A stretch of 64,000 nt of DNA from Terriglobia bacterium (lineage in GTDB: Bacteria; Acidobacteriota; Terriglobia; 20CM-2-55-15), in NCBI GenBank assembly GCA_965218585.1, contig CBDCLE010000010.1, forward strand, positions 64,001 through 128,000. Reading direction: 5' to 3'. The notes beneath the pieces were generated by a model. It did not search any database. It had not been told where the DNA came from and saw only the letters and a list, made by a program, of their open reading frames with translations. A program made the translations under genes and the position numbers. Numbering within the stretch: position 1 is the stretch's first letter; each line of letters opens with the position of its first letter. This document shows, piece by piece, positions 32,052 to 43,496 of the stretch.

Positions 32052-33119
32052 CTCTATTCAGCCAAGTCCGCTTAGCGAGCGGGTTCGGTCAAGCAAACAT
32101 CGGAGGCCAACAGGTTTTCGTCCATGTGACAGTGGCTGTTCCGCCGGGTTTAGACGGACCCAGCGTTGCTGAAGATGCTGTCCGGGGCAGGGGGCACGTC
32201 CGATCCAGTCCGCGGAGTTTTCGTTGACGGGATTGGATTGGAACAATTCTATCCTGCTTGATAATTTGCCAACTGATCTGCATCAATACCGGAATTTTTC
32301 CGATGTCGATGCAGTAGCGGCGTTAGAAAACTCTCAGACGACGTGGAATGCTGTCGATACTTCAGAATTCAGCTTTCACGCGCTCGGCGTTACCAACCGA
32401 TGCCCATCACTGGCGAAAGAGTGTCCCGGACGACAGTTCCCCGACGAATACAACGATGTGGGCTTTGCCTCCATTGGCGGATGCTGCACTCTGGCGGCTA
32501 CGTGGTTTCTAAGGGGCAGCTCCGACCCTGAGGACGAACCCGAAGCCGACATCGTGATTAATAACCGCGTCAATTGGAATAGCATCGATCTCGAGACCGT
32601 GCTCGTGCACGAGGAAGGACACGCTTTCGGCGCGGGGCATTCTTCGGTCAGCGGAGCTGTAATGGAAGCTATCTATGATGGCGTGAGACCCCTGCACGAG
32701 GACGATCTGCGCGTTGTTACCTATCTTTATCCAGATCCAGATCCAAACAATCCGTCAGTCGGCGACATCACGGGCACAGTGACCTCGTCTGGCGGAGGAG
32801 CGATCGAAGGGGCCACGGTCTCTATTAACGATTCCCCCGTGTCGGCCGAAACCAACGAGAGTGGGTACTACTCTCTGGCAGGTGTGCCGAACATTGGAGA
32901 CTACGATGTGACGGTAAGCGCGAGAGGCCATGTGAGCAAACCAATACCTGACGTCGAGGTATTTGACGGGCTGGCAGCAACTGTCCTGAACATTGTGCTC
33001 GAGGTAGACTCCGATGACGACGGCGGTGGCGGTAATGGCGGACCCTGCGTACCCAGGGGTCCCAGGGGTAATAATTGCAAGTAGCTACCACATAAGACTC
33101 GCCCGGAGTGTGGATCACG

Positions 33120-33149
33120 AAAAGGCCCGTCCCTATGGCGGGCCTTTTC
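33120..33149 (+). terminator. Rho-independent terminator
   Basis: AAAAGGCCCGTC-ccta-TGGCGGGCCTTTT. Confidence 0.75.
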
Positions 33150-33318
33150 TCTTATAGCTGCTCCCCTTCAGTTTCTTTCAAACCCAGTTCAGGACCGGCG
33201 CGGTTCGCGGCGTGCATTGGAAGTCCAGCCCCCTCGTTTCGGTGCATTTGGCAACGGTAGTTCAGTTAATACACTTATACCCACGGACACTACCGTTAGG
33301 GCGCGCAAATCGCTTGAC

Positions 33319-34697
33319 GAGGTCATTACAAAAGGTGTGTAAAAGTCATCAGGCGGCGGCCTTCGATTTCATCACGACTCTGATGCCGTCAGCGAATTGC
33401 TGACCATCATAGACCTCTTGTAAGAGTTCGGATCCTTTTAAGTGTCGCCAATTAAGTGTCGCCAAGCCTTCTCAGCGACACGTAGTAGCTTCCAGATCAT
33501 TGCCGTTGCATTCTCGACACGCTTGAATCGGCGAGCGGCGTTGGTGCGGAGGCGAACCATGTCGAAGGGCGATTCGACGATGTTGGTTGTTCTCAGATGC
33601 ACCCAGTGTTGTTTCGGGAACTCATAGAAAGTAATCATCCGGTCCCAGTCCCGCAACAGCGTCTCACCCGCTTTGGGATAGTTCTTCTCATATCGGCGGA
33701 CGAACTGATCCCGCTTTCGTTCGCAGGCCGCGCGGGAGTTCGCGAAGGCCATCCCATGAAGCAGCTGTCTGGCCGCGGGCTGCTCGGTCTTCGGCAGATG
33801 ATCGACCACGTTGATCGACTTGTGGTTCCAGCAGCGTTGTTCCTGGCCCTGGGGCTGTTGCTCGGCCAGCGCGGACCAGATGCCCAGGTGACCGTCCGCG
33901 ACAGTCAGCCGTCCCAGCTTCAGGTCCCGTCTCTGGAGATTGCGCAGAATGCGGCTCCAGGACTCCTTGTTTTTCCGCTGCCCGCTCTCACAGGCCAACA
34001 CCACTTTGCGCCCGTCTGACAAGGCTCCGATGATCACCAGCAATGCCGCTCGCTCTTTCGCGATCCCCGCTTTCACGTACAAGCCGTCTGCCCACTGGTA
34101 CACGACCTCGAGGCCGGACAGGTCCTGCTGGACCCACTCGTCATACTCCAACTGCCAGGTCGATTTCAGTCGTTGGATCGATGCTCGCGACAACGGAGCG
34201 CCAGCGCCAAGCAGTCCGCGCATGGCCTGCTCGAAGTCCCTTGTGGCCAGACCGTGGAGGTAGAGATCGGGAAGTAGCTCGCCCAGCTGTTTCGATTTCC
34301 GTCGAAAATACGGCAGGATCTGACTCTCGAACCGCTCGGCGGTGTTTCGAACCCGAGGTCGTCGAACCTCCATCGTACCGTTCATCATTGCGAAGCGTCG
34401 CGGCTTCCCGTGACCGTTCCGGTATCCTCGTCGATTCGGACTCCGCTCCGACTTTTCCCGACCCAGAAATTGAGTGACTTCGTCCTCGAGCAGCTCCTGT
34501 AGCCAGACTTGGACCCGGGATCGCGCCCAGTCCTCCAAACCTTCATACGCGTTCGTTGACGCCACTGATGCCGGTATGTTCTTCTTCTTCATGGGTGGTG
34601 TACCTTTCTCCCGGTTGCTGCCGGGATTGCTTAGGGTTTCGGATTCACCGAAAGCGTACACCGCCTTCTCTTTTTACACACCGATTGGAACGACCTC
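33319..34697 (-). mobile_element. Second IS256-family element
   Basis: IRs GAGGTC(A/G)TT..GGTGTGTAAAA at both ends. No TSD visible. Confidence 0.85.
33349..34592 (-). pseudogene. IS256 transposase frameshifted near the C-terminus
   Basis: WADGLY, DGHLGIW, QRCWNH, RTTNIVES. A 14-bp tandem duplication (33438-33465) cuts off the KGSELL...KAAA tail. Confidence 0.85.
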
Positions 34698-34928
34698 CAA
34701 CTCAGCGTACTCCAGCTAGATATCCTTCGTTCTTGCCTTAAGCTGCTGCAGCACAGTCACTTGGATTTTCGACCCTCGTCTGACTTCCCGTCACAAACAA
34801 TCTGTGTCATTGGCCCGAGTTTTGATCTATTGGCGTGATGTGGAGTTCATTCTTATGTGACACGCAATACATACAAACAGGAAGCTACGGAGTTAGATTA
34901 AACCCCAGTAGTTCCTCCATCTTGTTCT

Positions 34929-35052
34929 GTGGGGCGGCGCTTGTGTCGCCCCCTTTTTTTCTTTAAAGGCGCACGGTGGTGGAGGACGGAATCCCGTTGT
35001 TGGGCGCTCTCGGAACGTTCGACTTTCTTGGGCGGTCATAGACCGCCCCTAC
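34929..35052. repeat. REP-like palindrome doublet (GTAG type)
   Basis: GTGGGGCGGC-gcttgt-GTCGCCCC and, inverted, GTAGGGGCGGTC-tat-GACCGCCC. Confidence 0.55.
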
Positions 35053-35443
35053 AGGGTTTGGTGAAAGTATCTTTCTTGATTGGTGGGGGAAACAAAAATG
35101 CGACTGGGTCGACTGATAACGCACTCACTTTGCCATGGCTCCGTGAGGGCCCAAGTCGATTACTAGCCAAACCCCAGATCTTAGAGCTCTTTTTCAATAC
35201 CCCAAGTGAAATCTGGATTGCTCCAGATTTCGCTCTCGGCATCGTGCCAATAGTCGGCGTTGGTTGCTACCTATCGACCCAATCGCAGACGTAGTCTCTT
35301 TCTTTTTCGAACAAGGGTCAACGCGAAAGATTTGCGGTACTTGAAGGAAGTCCCCCTGATTCGTCGATAAGGGCTTCCCTATTCGCCTCCGGACCGGCAC
35401 AATTTCTAAAGAGAACGGCCCAAATTATCTGAATTCGCAGCGC

Positions 35444-38325
35444 ATGGACAACACGAACAAGACACAACTCCAGCCGAAAGACACGGAACATATCCTCCGC
35501 TCCCTGGTCGAAGGGACTGCGAGCGTTACGGGAGATGCGTTTTTCTGTTCCGCTGTCGAACACCTCGCTTCTGTATTGGGCGTGAACTATGCCTTCGTCG
35601 GTCGCTTTGCGGACGATTCCAGGTCCACGGTCCAGTCTCTCGCGTTCTGGACAGGAAAGGGACTCAGCCCGCCTTTCTCGTATCCTCTTGAAGGAACACC
35701 CTGCGCCAAAGTGGTCGCCGGCAACGTTGCCCTCTATCAGGGGTTCTGGTGCAGACAGCCCAAGGGAATTGGCGATAATGGGATATGGCGCATCGCAAAA
35801 CGAAACGGAATCCTCTATTTGCCGGACGTTGGTTCGAAGACGACATCATTCTCCTCTGCCTTCGCTGGTATTTTCGCTTCAAACTCAGCTACCGGGATTT
35901 GGTCGTGATTCTTGGTGAGCGGGGCTTGTCGATTTCGCACACCACAATCTTGCGTTGGGTGGTTCGCTATGCCGAAACGTGCGAAAAGCGCTGGCGCCGA
36001 TTCGAGCGACCGGTAGGAGGGAGCTGGCGAGTCGATGAAACGTTCATCAAGGTTCGGGGCCAGTGGATGTATCTGTACCGCGCCGTGGATGGACAGGGCA
36101 ACACCGTGGAGTTCTATCTGAGTCGAACACGCGGCATTGCTGCAGCGAAGGCATTCTTTCGCAAGGCACTGAAGCATCATCCGGAGCCACACAGCATCAC
36201 CCTGGATGGCCACCGGCCGAGCCATAGCGCGTTACGTCGCATAGGAATGAACGGGGATTTCAACTTCCGGGGACGGAACCCGGTGAAGATTCGTTGCTGT
36301 CAATACCTGAACAACGTGGTGGAGCAGGACCACCGCCGGGTGAAGGGGCGATTGCGGCCGATGTTGGGATTCAAGACGTTCTACAATGCGCGACGGGTGA
36401 TTACCGGCATCGAGCTGGCGCAGAAGATCCACAAACGCCAGTTCGCAATTCCGATCACATTGCAGTCGAATCCTGCGGTGATCTGGCGTCACGTCATGGC
36501 AGCATAGTCCGCATCGCTGCGGCACACTCCTGGTCTTATCGCTCCGACAATCCTATCTGCACCAGAACCCTATCAGGACAACGTCGCCACTCTTTTCCCC
36601 GACGATCAGGTACTCATTAACCTCGACGTGCGAAGCTATCTGGGCGTTCCTATCTACGGTGCTGAAGGCTTTGTCATCGGCCATGTTGCCGTTCTCGACA
36701 CCAAGCCCATGGAGGATTACGAGTGGACTCAATCGGTCCTCAAGATATTTGCCTCGCGTGCAGGGGCGGAAATGGACCGCCAGGAGATGGAGCGGAAGCT
36801 CCAGGAGGCCGTCGACCGCTACGCCCTCGCTACGAGCTCTGCCGAGGTCGGGGTGTGGGACTGGAACATTGAAACGAATGAGTTCTATCTGGACCCCAAC
36901 ATCAGAGCAAGGCTCGGTTTCGCGGAAGAGGAAGTCGCGACTACTGCGAAGGGTTGGTTAAAGCACGTTCATCCGGAAGATCGCGACCGGATAACGGAAG
37001 TAGCGCGTGCATGTGTCGATGGGGAAATCCCCGAATACGAACTCGAACACCGCTCGATTCACAAGGACGGTTCCGTGAGATGGTCTCTGGTCCGGGGACG
37101 AGTGATTCGGGATGGTGGGGGTCTCCCCGTTCGCATGGTTGGCACAAACACCGACGTCACTGATCGCAAGCAACTTGAATCACAACTGTTTCAGGCGAAG
37201 AAGATGGAAAGCGTCGGCCTTCTGGCCGGGGGAATCGCGCATGACTTCAACAACCTTCTGACCGTTATCCTGGGACTCACAAGAGAAATACAAAACGAAG
37301 ACGAGAACGAACTTTCAGACGAAATCGGTGACATTCAACATGCTGCTGAACGCGCGGCTCTTTTGACACGCCAGTTACTGGCATTCAGCCGCCGCCAGAT
37401 TCTGCAACCAAAAGTCCTCGAGCCCAACCAACTCATAACAAATCTCGTTGGCCTCGTTGAAAAGCTCCTGGGAGAAGACATTCAAGTCGTCACGAACCTC
37501 GATTCCGACATCGGCTATGTCAAGGCCGACCCCGTCCAGTTGGAACAGATCGTCATGAACCTTGCGGCTAATTCCCGCGACGCCATGCCGGAAGGAGGAC
37601 AGGTAACGATAGAAACGGGCAATGTCGATTTCGATGCCCAGTTTGTTAAGACCCATCCTGGAAGCAATGAAGGCTCCTTTGTCAGAATCCGATTAAGAGA
37701 CGAAGGTGTCGGTATGGATCAGGCCACGCTGGACCGCATCTTTGAGCCGTTTTTCACGACCAAGGATTCTCGTGCGGGTACCGGCCTCGGACTCTCTATG
37801 GTTTACGGAATCGTGAAGCAGAGTGGGGGTTACGTAAAGGCCGACAGCGAGCCGGAGGGCGGAACTGCCTTTGAGGTCTACCTTCCGCGAGTGGAAAAGG
37901 CGAGTACTGTATCCGAAGCCACCGCACCTGTTACGCAGCAGGGCGCCGAGACCGTCCTTCTGGTTGAAGATGAACCCTCTCTCAGACGGTTCGTGCGGAA
38001 AGCCCTGGAACATGCGGGCTATACGGTTCTGGAAGCCTCAAACGGCGAAGATGCCCTCGCCGTGTTCCGAGGGCGCGAACAAGAGATCCAGGTCATTCTC
38101 ACCGATGTCGTTATGCCCAAACTCGGAGGCACGCAGCTCGTCGAGCAGATCCGGAAATCGCGCCCTGAAATCGGCGCTGTATTCATGTCCGGTTATACGA
38201 ATCAAGCTCACAAACACCCGCCATCAACCGACCCATCGTCGGCGTTCATTCAGAAACCTTTTGGCATCGAGGAACTCACCGCGAAGCTTCGAGGTGTGAT
38301 CGACGAAGTTCACAGCAAGGCCTAG
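35444..38325 (+). pseudogene. GAF-PAS hybrid histidine kinase/response regulator interrupted by IS6
   Basis: The GAF domain rejoins in frame (ALYQ/DNVATLFPDD). PAS domain, H-box AHDFNNLL, FFTTK..GTGLGL, receiver LTDVVMP. Confidence 0.88.
35742..36569 (+). mobile_element. IS6-family element, complete (transposase 35785-36507)
   Basis: IRs GGTTCTGGTGCAGA. 8-bp TSD CTATCAGG at 35734-35741 and 36570-36577. WRVDETFIKV, YLNNVVEQDHR. Confidence 0.95.
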
Positions 38326-38531
38326 CCACAAGGCTTCTTGGATAGTGACTTCCTGTCAGGATGGAAAATGCGCGGCAGGCGCAGGGTAGGAACATCGCTT
38401 TTCGGGATGGCCGGAGCCCCCTAGCCGCGCAGAGGAACCTACGTAACTACAAACATCTTCGAATAGAGGACCAGCAGAATAGGTCCGCTTTGAGTTGCCG
38501 TATTTTCGAAAGTCATGGAAGATAGTCCGTT

Positions 38532-39788
38532 ATGTCGTCCCCAGCAGACCTGAACCTAGAGCTCTCGAGAGCCGTCGACCGCCTGACGCGTATCGTAGAT
38601 GCGACCAAGCTGCTCAACTCCACCCTTGACCTGTCGGAGCTGACGCGAATCATTCTGCAGATCGTTCGTGACGAAGTTGGTGTGGAGCGGGGGACGGTAT
38701 TCGTTGTTTCCGAAGACGGTGAGTGGCTGCGTTCTCTCGTCGCGCAGGAAGTCGACGAAGAGATCGAGATCCGCGTCGGATCGGGTATCGCCGGTGCTGT
38801 TGCCGAGTCGGGCAAGGTCATCGACATCGATAACCCCTACGAAGACTCCCGGTTTGACAAGAGCTTCGACGCCCAGCTCGGTTTTCGAACCCGCGATATC
38901 TACTGCATGCCGGTTCGCAATCGCGAAGGCACGACCGTCGGCGTACTTCAACTGCTCAACCGGAGCCGACCGCTGATACAGCCAGATAAGGATTTTCTCG
39001 CCGGCATCTCGATCCACATCGGACTCGCCTTGGAAAAAGCCGCGATGCATCATTACCTCGTCGAGAAAAAACGCATTGAACGAGAGCTGGATCTGGCCCG
39101 GGAAATACAGCAGGAGTTTCATCCGAAGCTTCCCGAATCCCATGGGGGCGTCCAGATCGCCGGCTCTTCCAAGATGTGTTACGAGGTCGGAGGTGATTAC
39201 TTTTCGTTTTTCCCGATCGATGAAGAGGGACGTTTCATCGTTATGCTCGGAGACGTCTCGGGCAAAGGGATCGGGGCAGCACTGGTCATGACCTCAGTCC
39301 ACGCGATGTGTCGCGCAGTGGTCAAACACGTCCACTCACTGGAACAGATCACGTATGTCCTCAATGAGATGCTTATTGAATCAACCAAGCAACAGACCTA
39401 CCTGACGCTCCAGATTGCTCTCGTGGATCCGGTCAAAAGACGCATCCACCTCATCAGTGCCGGCCACAACCCGCCCATCATGGTCGACGGGTCCGGCATC
39501 GTCCATCTTCTGAAGGAGGGTGGGGGTCCGCCCGTAGGCATGCTTCCGGGAATCCGTTACCACCGTGAGCTGATCGACGTTGATCCTGGAGCCGTGTTGG
39601 TTTTTTACACGGACGGAGTCAGTGAAGCCGAAGAGCAATTTGAAACCGATCGTCTCTCGATCGTCATCAGGCAGAACAAGGATGAATCAGCGACCATGAT
39701 TCATGACGCGATACGCGACGCGTTAGCTGAATTTGTGGGTCAGACTCCGGCAAACGATGACAGCACGATGGTCGTCCTCAAATTCTAG
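38532..39788 (+). CDS. GAF + PP2C (SpoIIE/RsbU-type) phosphatase
   Basis: GGDYF, GDVSGKG, YTDGVSEA, DDSTM. Confidence 0.92.
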   Translation: MSSPADLNLELSRAVDRLTRIVDATKLLNSTLDLSELTRIILQIVRDEVGVERGTVFVVSEDGEWLRSLVAQEVDEEIEIRVGSGIAGAVAESGKVIDIDNPYEDSRFDKSFDAQLGFRTRDIYCMPVRNREGTTVGVLQLLNRSRPLIQPDKDFLAGISIHIGLALEKAAMHHYLVEKKRIERELDLAREIQQEFHPKLPESHGGVQIAGSSKMCYEVGGDYFSFFPIDEEGRFIVMLGDVSGKGIGAALVMTSVHAMCRAVVKHVHSLEQITYVLNEMLIESTKQQTYLTLQIALVDPVKRRIHLISAGHNPPIMVDGSGIVHLLKEGGGPPVGMLPGIRYHRELIDVDPGAVLVFYTDGVSEAEEQFETDRLSIVIRQNKDESATMIHDAIRDALAEFVGQTPANDDSTMVVLKF

Positions 39789-40171
39789 TGCCCCTTCCCT
39801 TTTGGAATTTCGTTCTTGGTGTCATCCGGCTGCGTTGCATTGCCTGTCTTGAAGGAGCGGTTTTCGACGGACTCTTCAAAGCGCGACGGCGGTGTGGCCA
39901 CTGTGGTTACTTCTTCGCACGTGAAAGCGGCTACTTCCTGGGCTCGGCCTATATCGGCTATGGCGCCGCAATCGCCGTTGCGATCGGAACGTGGTTCGTT
40001 CTGGGGTACCTCATGGGCATGGGCTGGACTTGGCCCGTCCTGGCAGTTCTTCTCCTGGTGGTCTCAGTTTTCCCCATCTGGTTCTTCCGATATTCGAGAA
40101 TGATGTGGATGGCGCTGGATATGTATCTCAATCCCCCCGTAAAGGAAGATTTCCAGTCACGAGGACGGTAA
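39788..40171 (+). CDS. DUF983-like small membrane protein
   Basis: CxxC..CxxCG, RESGYFLG, two TM helices. Confidence 0.75.
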   Translation: MPLPFWNFVLGVIRLRCIACLEGAVFDGLFKARRRCGHCGYFFARESGYFLGSAYIGYGAAIAVAIGTWFVLGYLMGMGWTWPVLAVLLLVVSVFPIWFFRYSRMMWMALDMYLNPPVKEDFQSRGR

Positions 40172-40236
40172 CGCTGACTTGCGGGCACTCGAAGCGGCAG
40201 CTTAAAATGGTCGCCTCGCCTCGGAGGCGGATACAA

Positions 40237-40309
40237 GGCCCCATCGTCTAGTGGTTTAGGACGTAGCCCTCTCAAGGCTAAAACACGGGTTCGACTCCCG
40301 TTGGGGCTA
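40237..40309 (+). tRNA. tRNA-Glu (CTC)
   Basis: GGCCCCA/TGGGGCT acceptor stem, anticodon loop CTCTCAA, GGTTCGACTCC. Confidence 0.95.
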
Positions 40310-40404
40310 TTCTTTTACGGCCACCATTCGGAGGCTCACGCCCATTTAAATCGTGTAGGTGGGGCCGGGTGCGGCCCCAGTGATGGGAGGCGTATCCGAC
40401 CCTT

Positions 40405-42240
40405 CTACTCGTCAATCAGAATGACGTCAATGTTGTCACTGTAGAGCTGTTCCACGAGAGAGTGCCGCTGCTCCAGTACGGCACGCTGATTGACGTAGCC
40501 TTTGTCCGTAATTTCGCCGGCATCTATATCGAGTGGTTGGGTCAGCAGCATGACGCGGGCAACAGAGCTGCTTGAAGCCGGATTCGCCGCGTTGTATTTT
40601 GCGAGGCTGGTCCGCAGATGCGTCTCCAACGTGATTTGGTTGACGAGCTCCGTTAGTTCAGTATCCGGGGCGTTGCCACACAGCTCACAAATTCCTGCGA
40701 TATTCGGTACGATCAGCAGGCCGATTTCATCTCGATCGTGTCCAGTCACAATGGCATCCTCGATGACTTCGGGACATGCGGAAATTGCAGCGGTTCTCAG
40801 TGTGCCGGTGCTGACCCATGAACCGGTCAGTAACTTGAAGTCTTCGGCGACACGGCCGTCAAACACGATTCCCTTGTTGGGGTGGTCCGGGTCCGCAAGT
40901 GTTCCGGCATCTCCTGTTTTGAAAAAGCCGTCGTCGTCGAACGCTTGCTGTGTCAGATCATCCCGTTTGAAATAACCAGGTGTGACGTTGGGTCCACTGA
41001 TCCGCAATTCGAGCTTTCCTTCGTTGGGCAGCATCTTGAGGTCCGTTCCCGGCACTGGCAGGCCGACTATGCGGGCGCGATCGACCGGGTAGTGGGTGCC
41101 GACTGCCAACGGTCCCGACTCTGTCAATCCCCAGCCTGACATCATGGCGACTTTGTAGCCCAGCGCAGCAATTGACAATGCCTCAATTCTTTCCCATAGG
41201 TCCTGCGGCAGTGCCGCCGCCGAGTGGAAAATCAAGTCGAGATTCGAGAAAAAGTGATCGCGAAAGTCTGCGTCCTGTTCCAGTAGCGGGACCAGCATCT
41301 GGTAGCCCCGCGGCACATTGAAGTAAAGCGTAGGTGTAATTTCCCGCAGATTTCGAACAGTGGTCCGAACCATCCCGGGAGCGGGTTTACCGCCGTCGAT
41401 GTACAGTGTTCCGCCGTTTCTAAGGATCAGGTTGAAATTGTGATTGCCGCCGAAAGTGTGATTCCAGGGGAGCCAGTCAACCAGTACCGGTCGGCGGCGG
41501 GCAATGAACGGCCACACTTGAGCGAGCGCCTGCTGATTCGAACAAAGCATGCGGTGCGTGTTGATGACACCCTTGGGCACGCCCGTCGATCCGGAGGTAA
41601 ACAGGATTTTCGCCACCGTGTCCGGATCGACCTGTGACAAGGCATCATCCACGGCCTGGGTCGCGGTCACGTTAGTCGATTCCTCGAGATCCATCGCGGT
41701 GACGATGTCGACACCGTCGAGATCGAGTGCGGTGAGCGCACTGCCAAACTCATCGGCGTCGGCTGCAAAAACGACTGAAGGTTCGACGAGGTCGAATATG
41801 AACTTGAGCTTGCTGAAGTCCTGCGACTTCAATGAATAGGAGGGCGACACCGGCACGGTGGGAACGCCGATAAACATTGCGGCCATTTGCAGTAGCGCAT
41901 TGGCGATGCTGTTTTCGGAAAGCAGCATTACTGGCCGCTCGGCGGAGATACCTCGATCCAGGAGAGACTGTGCTGTTGACCGGACAGAATCGAGTGCCTT
42001 CCGGTAGGAAATGTGATTCCAGTCCCCGTCGGCCGGGCGTTCGGCGAGAAACGTACGGTCCGGCGCTTTTTGGGCCCAGTCAACTAGCCAGCTACAGGTG
42101 TGGTCGGGGTAAGGCCCCAGCGCGATCGGCGATCGCAGTATGAATCCGCCGTCGGACAGCGATTCAACTTCGACCCGTGCAGGTGCGAATTCCGGTGCTG
42201 TGCGGCCAGTCACGTCGTTAAACGGACTCGGCGGCGACAT
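40405..42240 (-). CDS. fcs: Feruloyl-CoA synthetase-like acyl-CoA ligase
   Basis: FTSGSTGVPKGV, DWLPWNHTFGGNHN, FDGRVAEDFKL, EITDKGYVNQRAVL. Confidence 0.85.
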   Translation of the reverse strand: MSPPSPFNDVTGRTAPEFAPARVEVESLSDGGFILRSPIALGPYPDHTCSWLVDWAQKAPDRTFLAERPADGDWNHISYRKALDSVRSTAQSLLDRGISAERPVMLLSENSIANALLQMAAMFIGVPTVPVSPSYSLKSQDFSKLKFIFDLVEPSVVFAADADEFGSALTALDLDGVDIVTAMDLEESTNVTATQAVDDALSQVDPDTVAKILFTSGSTGVPKGVINTHRMLCSNQQALAQVWPFIARRRPVLVDWLPWNHTFGGNHNFNLILRNGGTLYIDGGKPAPGMVRTTVRNLREITPTLYFNVPRGYQMLVPLLEQDADFRDHFFSNLDLIFHSAAALPQDLWERIEALSIAALGYKVAMMSGWGLTESGPLAVGTHYPVDRARIVGLPVPGTDLKMLPNEGKLELRISGPNVTPGYFKRDDLTQQAFDDDGFFKTGDAGTLADPDHPNKGIVFDGRVAEDFKLLTGSWVSTGTLRTAAISACPEVIEDAIVTGHDRDEIGLLIVPNIAGICELCGNAPDTELTELVNQITLETHLRTSLAKYNAANPASSSSVARVMLLTQPLDIDAGEITDKGYVNQRAVLEQRHSLVEQLYSDNIDVILIDE

Positions 42241-43477
42241 CTTGCATCGCAGCACAGGCGCTTTCCAGTGCCGCGGAAATGTCTTCCTCTGTGACGACCG
42301 TGGATAGAGCCACCATTCCGCGGGGCGCGATAAACAGCCCATGATTCAGACACGCGACATGAAACTTGTCCATGAGACCTTCGTCTTCACGAACCACGGG
42401 CGAATCAGGTATCGAATCACTGAGGAAGAGGTTCAGGCATGAGCCGTGGTGATTGATTGCAAGTGGCAGGCCGTTTTTCTTCGCGATATCGATCAACCCG
42501 GCTTCGAGCGATTCCCTCAGCCGATGCATCTGCTCGATTCGCTCGACCGTCAATTCGCGAAGCGATATTTCGCCAGCCACCATCGTGACGGGGTTCGCAT
42601 TGAATGTCCCCGAATGAAAAAGTTTCAAGTCTGCGGGATCGAAAAGTTTCAGCAGTTCGGCACTTCCGCCGACTGCGCCGACCGGAAACCCACCTCCGAT
42701 GATTTTGCCGAGCATTGTCAGGTCTGGCCGGATACCGATGTCCGCCTGACAACCACCCGTACCGAATCGCAGCGTCAACACTTCATCGAGTACGAATAAC
42801 GCGCCGGCCTTGCGTGCTGCGGCCTGCACACGGTGAAGGAAACCCTCTCGAGCCTCAACGATTCCACCTGCGCCCTTCACGGGTTCCAGAAAGACGGCGG
42901 CAATTTCATCTCCATGCTCGCCGAGCACTGCCTCGAAGTCAGCCGGGTCGTTGTAAGTTGCCAGGTAAGTCAGCGGCCCCTCGTTGCCGAAAGATCCGAT
43001 TTCGAATTCGTGCAACGAACCGTGGTAGCCGTACCTGGCCATCAGTAGTTTCGATCCGCCCGTTATCTCCCGCGCGATAGTAAAAGCGAGTGCGCCGGCT
43101 TCGGATCCGGAATTGGTAAATCGAACCTGTTCGATGGAAGGCACACGGTCAACGATAGTCGCCGCAAGCTTTATTTGCGGCTCGTTGGCCGCCGCCCAAC
43201 TTGTGCCCCGACCGATCTGCTCTCTGACCGCCTCGACAATCGGCGGATAAGCGTGGCCATGGACAAGGGCGGTGTAGTTATTCAGCAGATCGAGGTAACG
43301 GTTACCATCGACGTCGTGGAAATAAGCGCCTTCGCCACGCTCAATCGTTAACGGATAGGGTGCCCAGAACGAAGCCTGGCGGGACGTGCCGCCCGGCATG
43401 AGCCGGCTGGCCTGGTCGTAGTTGCCCGCGCTTGATCTGGTGCGTTTGCGATAGGCTGCATAAATGGGTGAGGTCAT
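42218..43477 (-). CDS. Class III PLP aminotransferase (GSAM-like, beta-phenylalanine transaminase-like)
   Basis: PGGTSR..FWAPYPLTIERGEG, RFTNSGSEA, DEV, LGKIIGGGFPVGA, HSGTFN. Confidence 0.8.
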   Translation of the reverse strand: MTSPIYAAYRKRTRSSAGNYDQASRLMPGGTSRQASFWAPYPLTIERGEGAYFHDVDGNRYLDLLNNYTALVHGHAYPPIVEAVREQIGRGTSWAAANEPQIKLAATIVDRVPSIEQVRFTNSGSEAGALAFTIAREITGGSKLLMARYGYHGSLHEFEIGSFGNEGPLTYLATYNDPADFEAVLGEHGDEIAAVFLEPVKGAGGIVEAREGFLHRVQAAARKAGALFVLDEVLTLRFGTGGCQADIGIRPDLTMLGKIIGGGFPVGAVGGSAELLKLFDPADLKLFHSGTFNANPVTMVAGEISLRELTVERIEQMHRLRESLEAGLIDIAKKNGLPLAINHHGSCLNLFLSDSIPDSPVVREDEGLMDKFHVACLNHGLFIAPRGMVALSTVVTEEDISAALESACAAMQDVAAESV

Positions 43478-43496
43478 CTGTGGCACTTCGCAGGTT

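Larger units (their letters stand above)
30596..33084 (+). pseudogene. Secreted matrixin-like (M10) metalloprotease with carboxypeptidase-regulatory-like domain, split by IS256 and frameshifted
   Basis: Signal peptide at 30596 rejoins in frame at 32061 once the IS is removed. A further frameshift lies in the G-run at about 32184-32194. HEEGHAFGAGH plus Met-turn AVM. Confidence 0.8.

Noticed and set aside
33270-33294. ACACTTATACCCACGGACACTACC resembling an IS terminus
   Set aside because: No partner end or transposase is identifiable, so support is too weak.
42218-43477. Annotation as hemL
   Set aside because: It lacks the PGGVNSPVR signature, and its context is aromatic/CoA metabolism.
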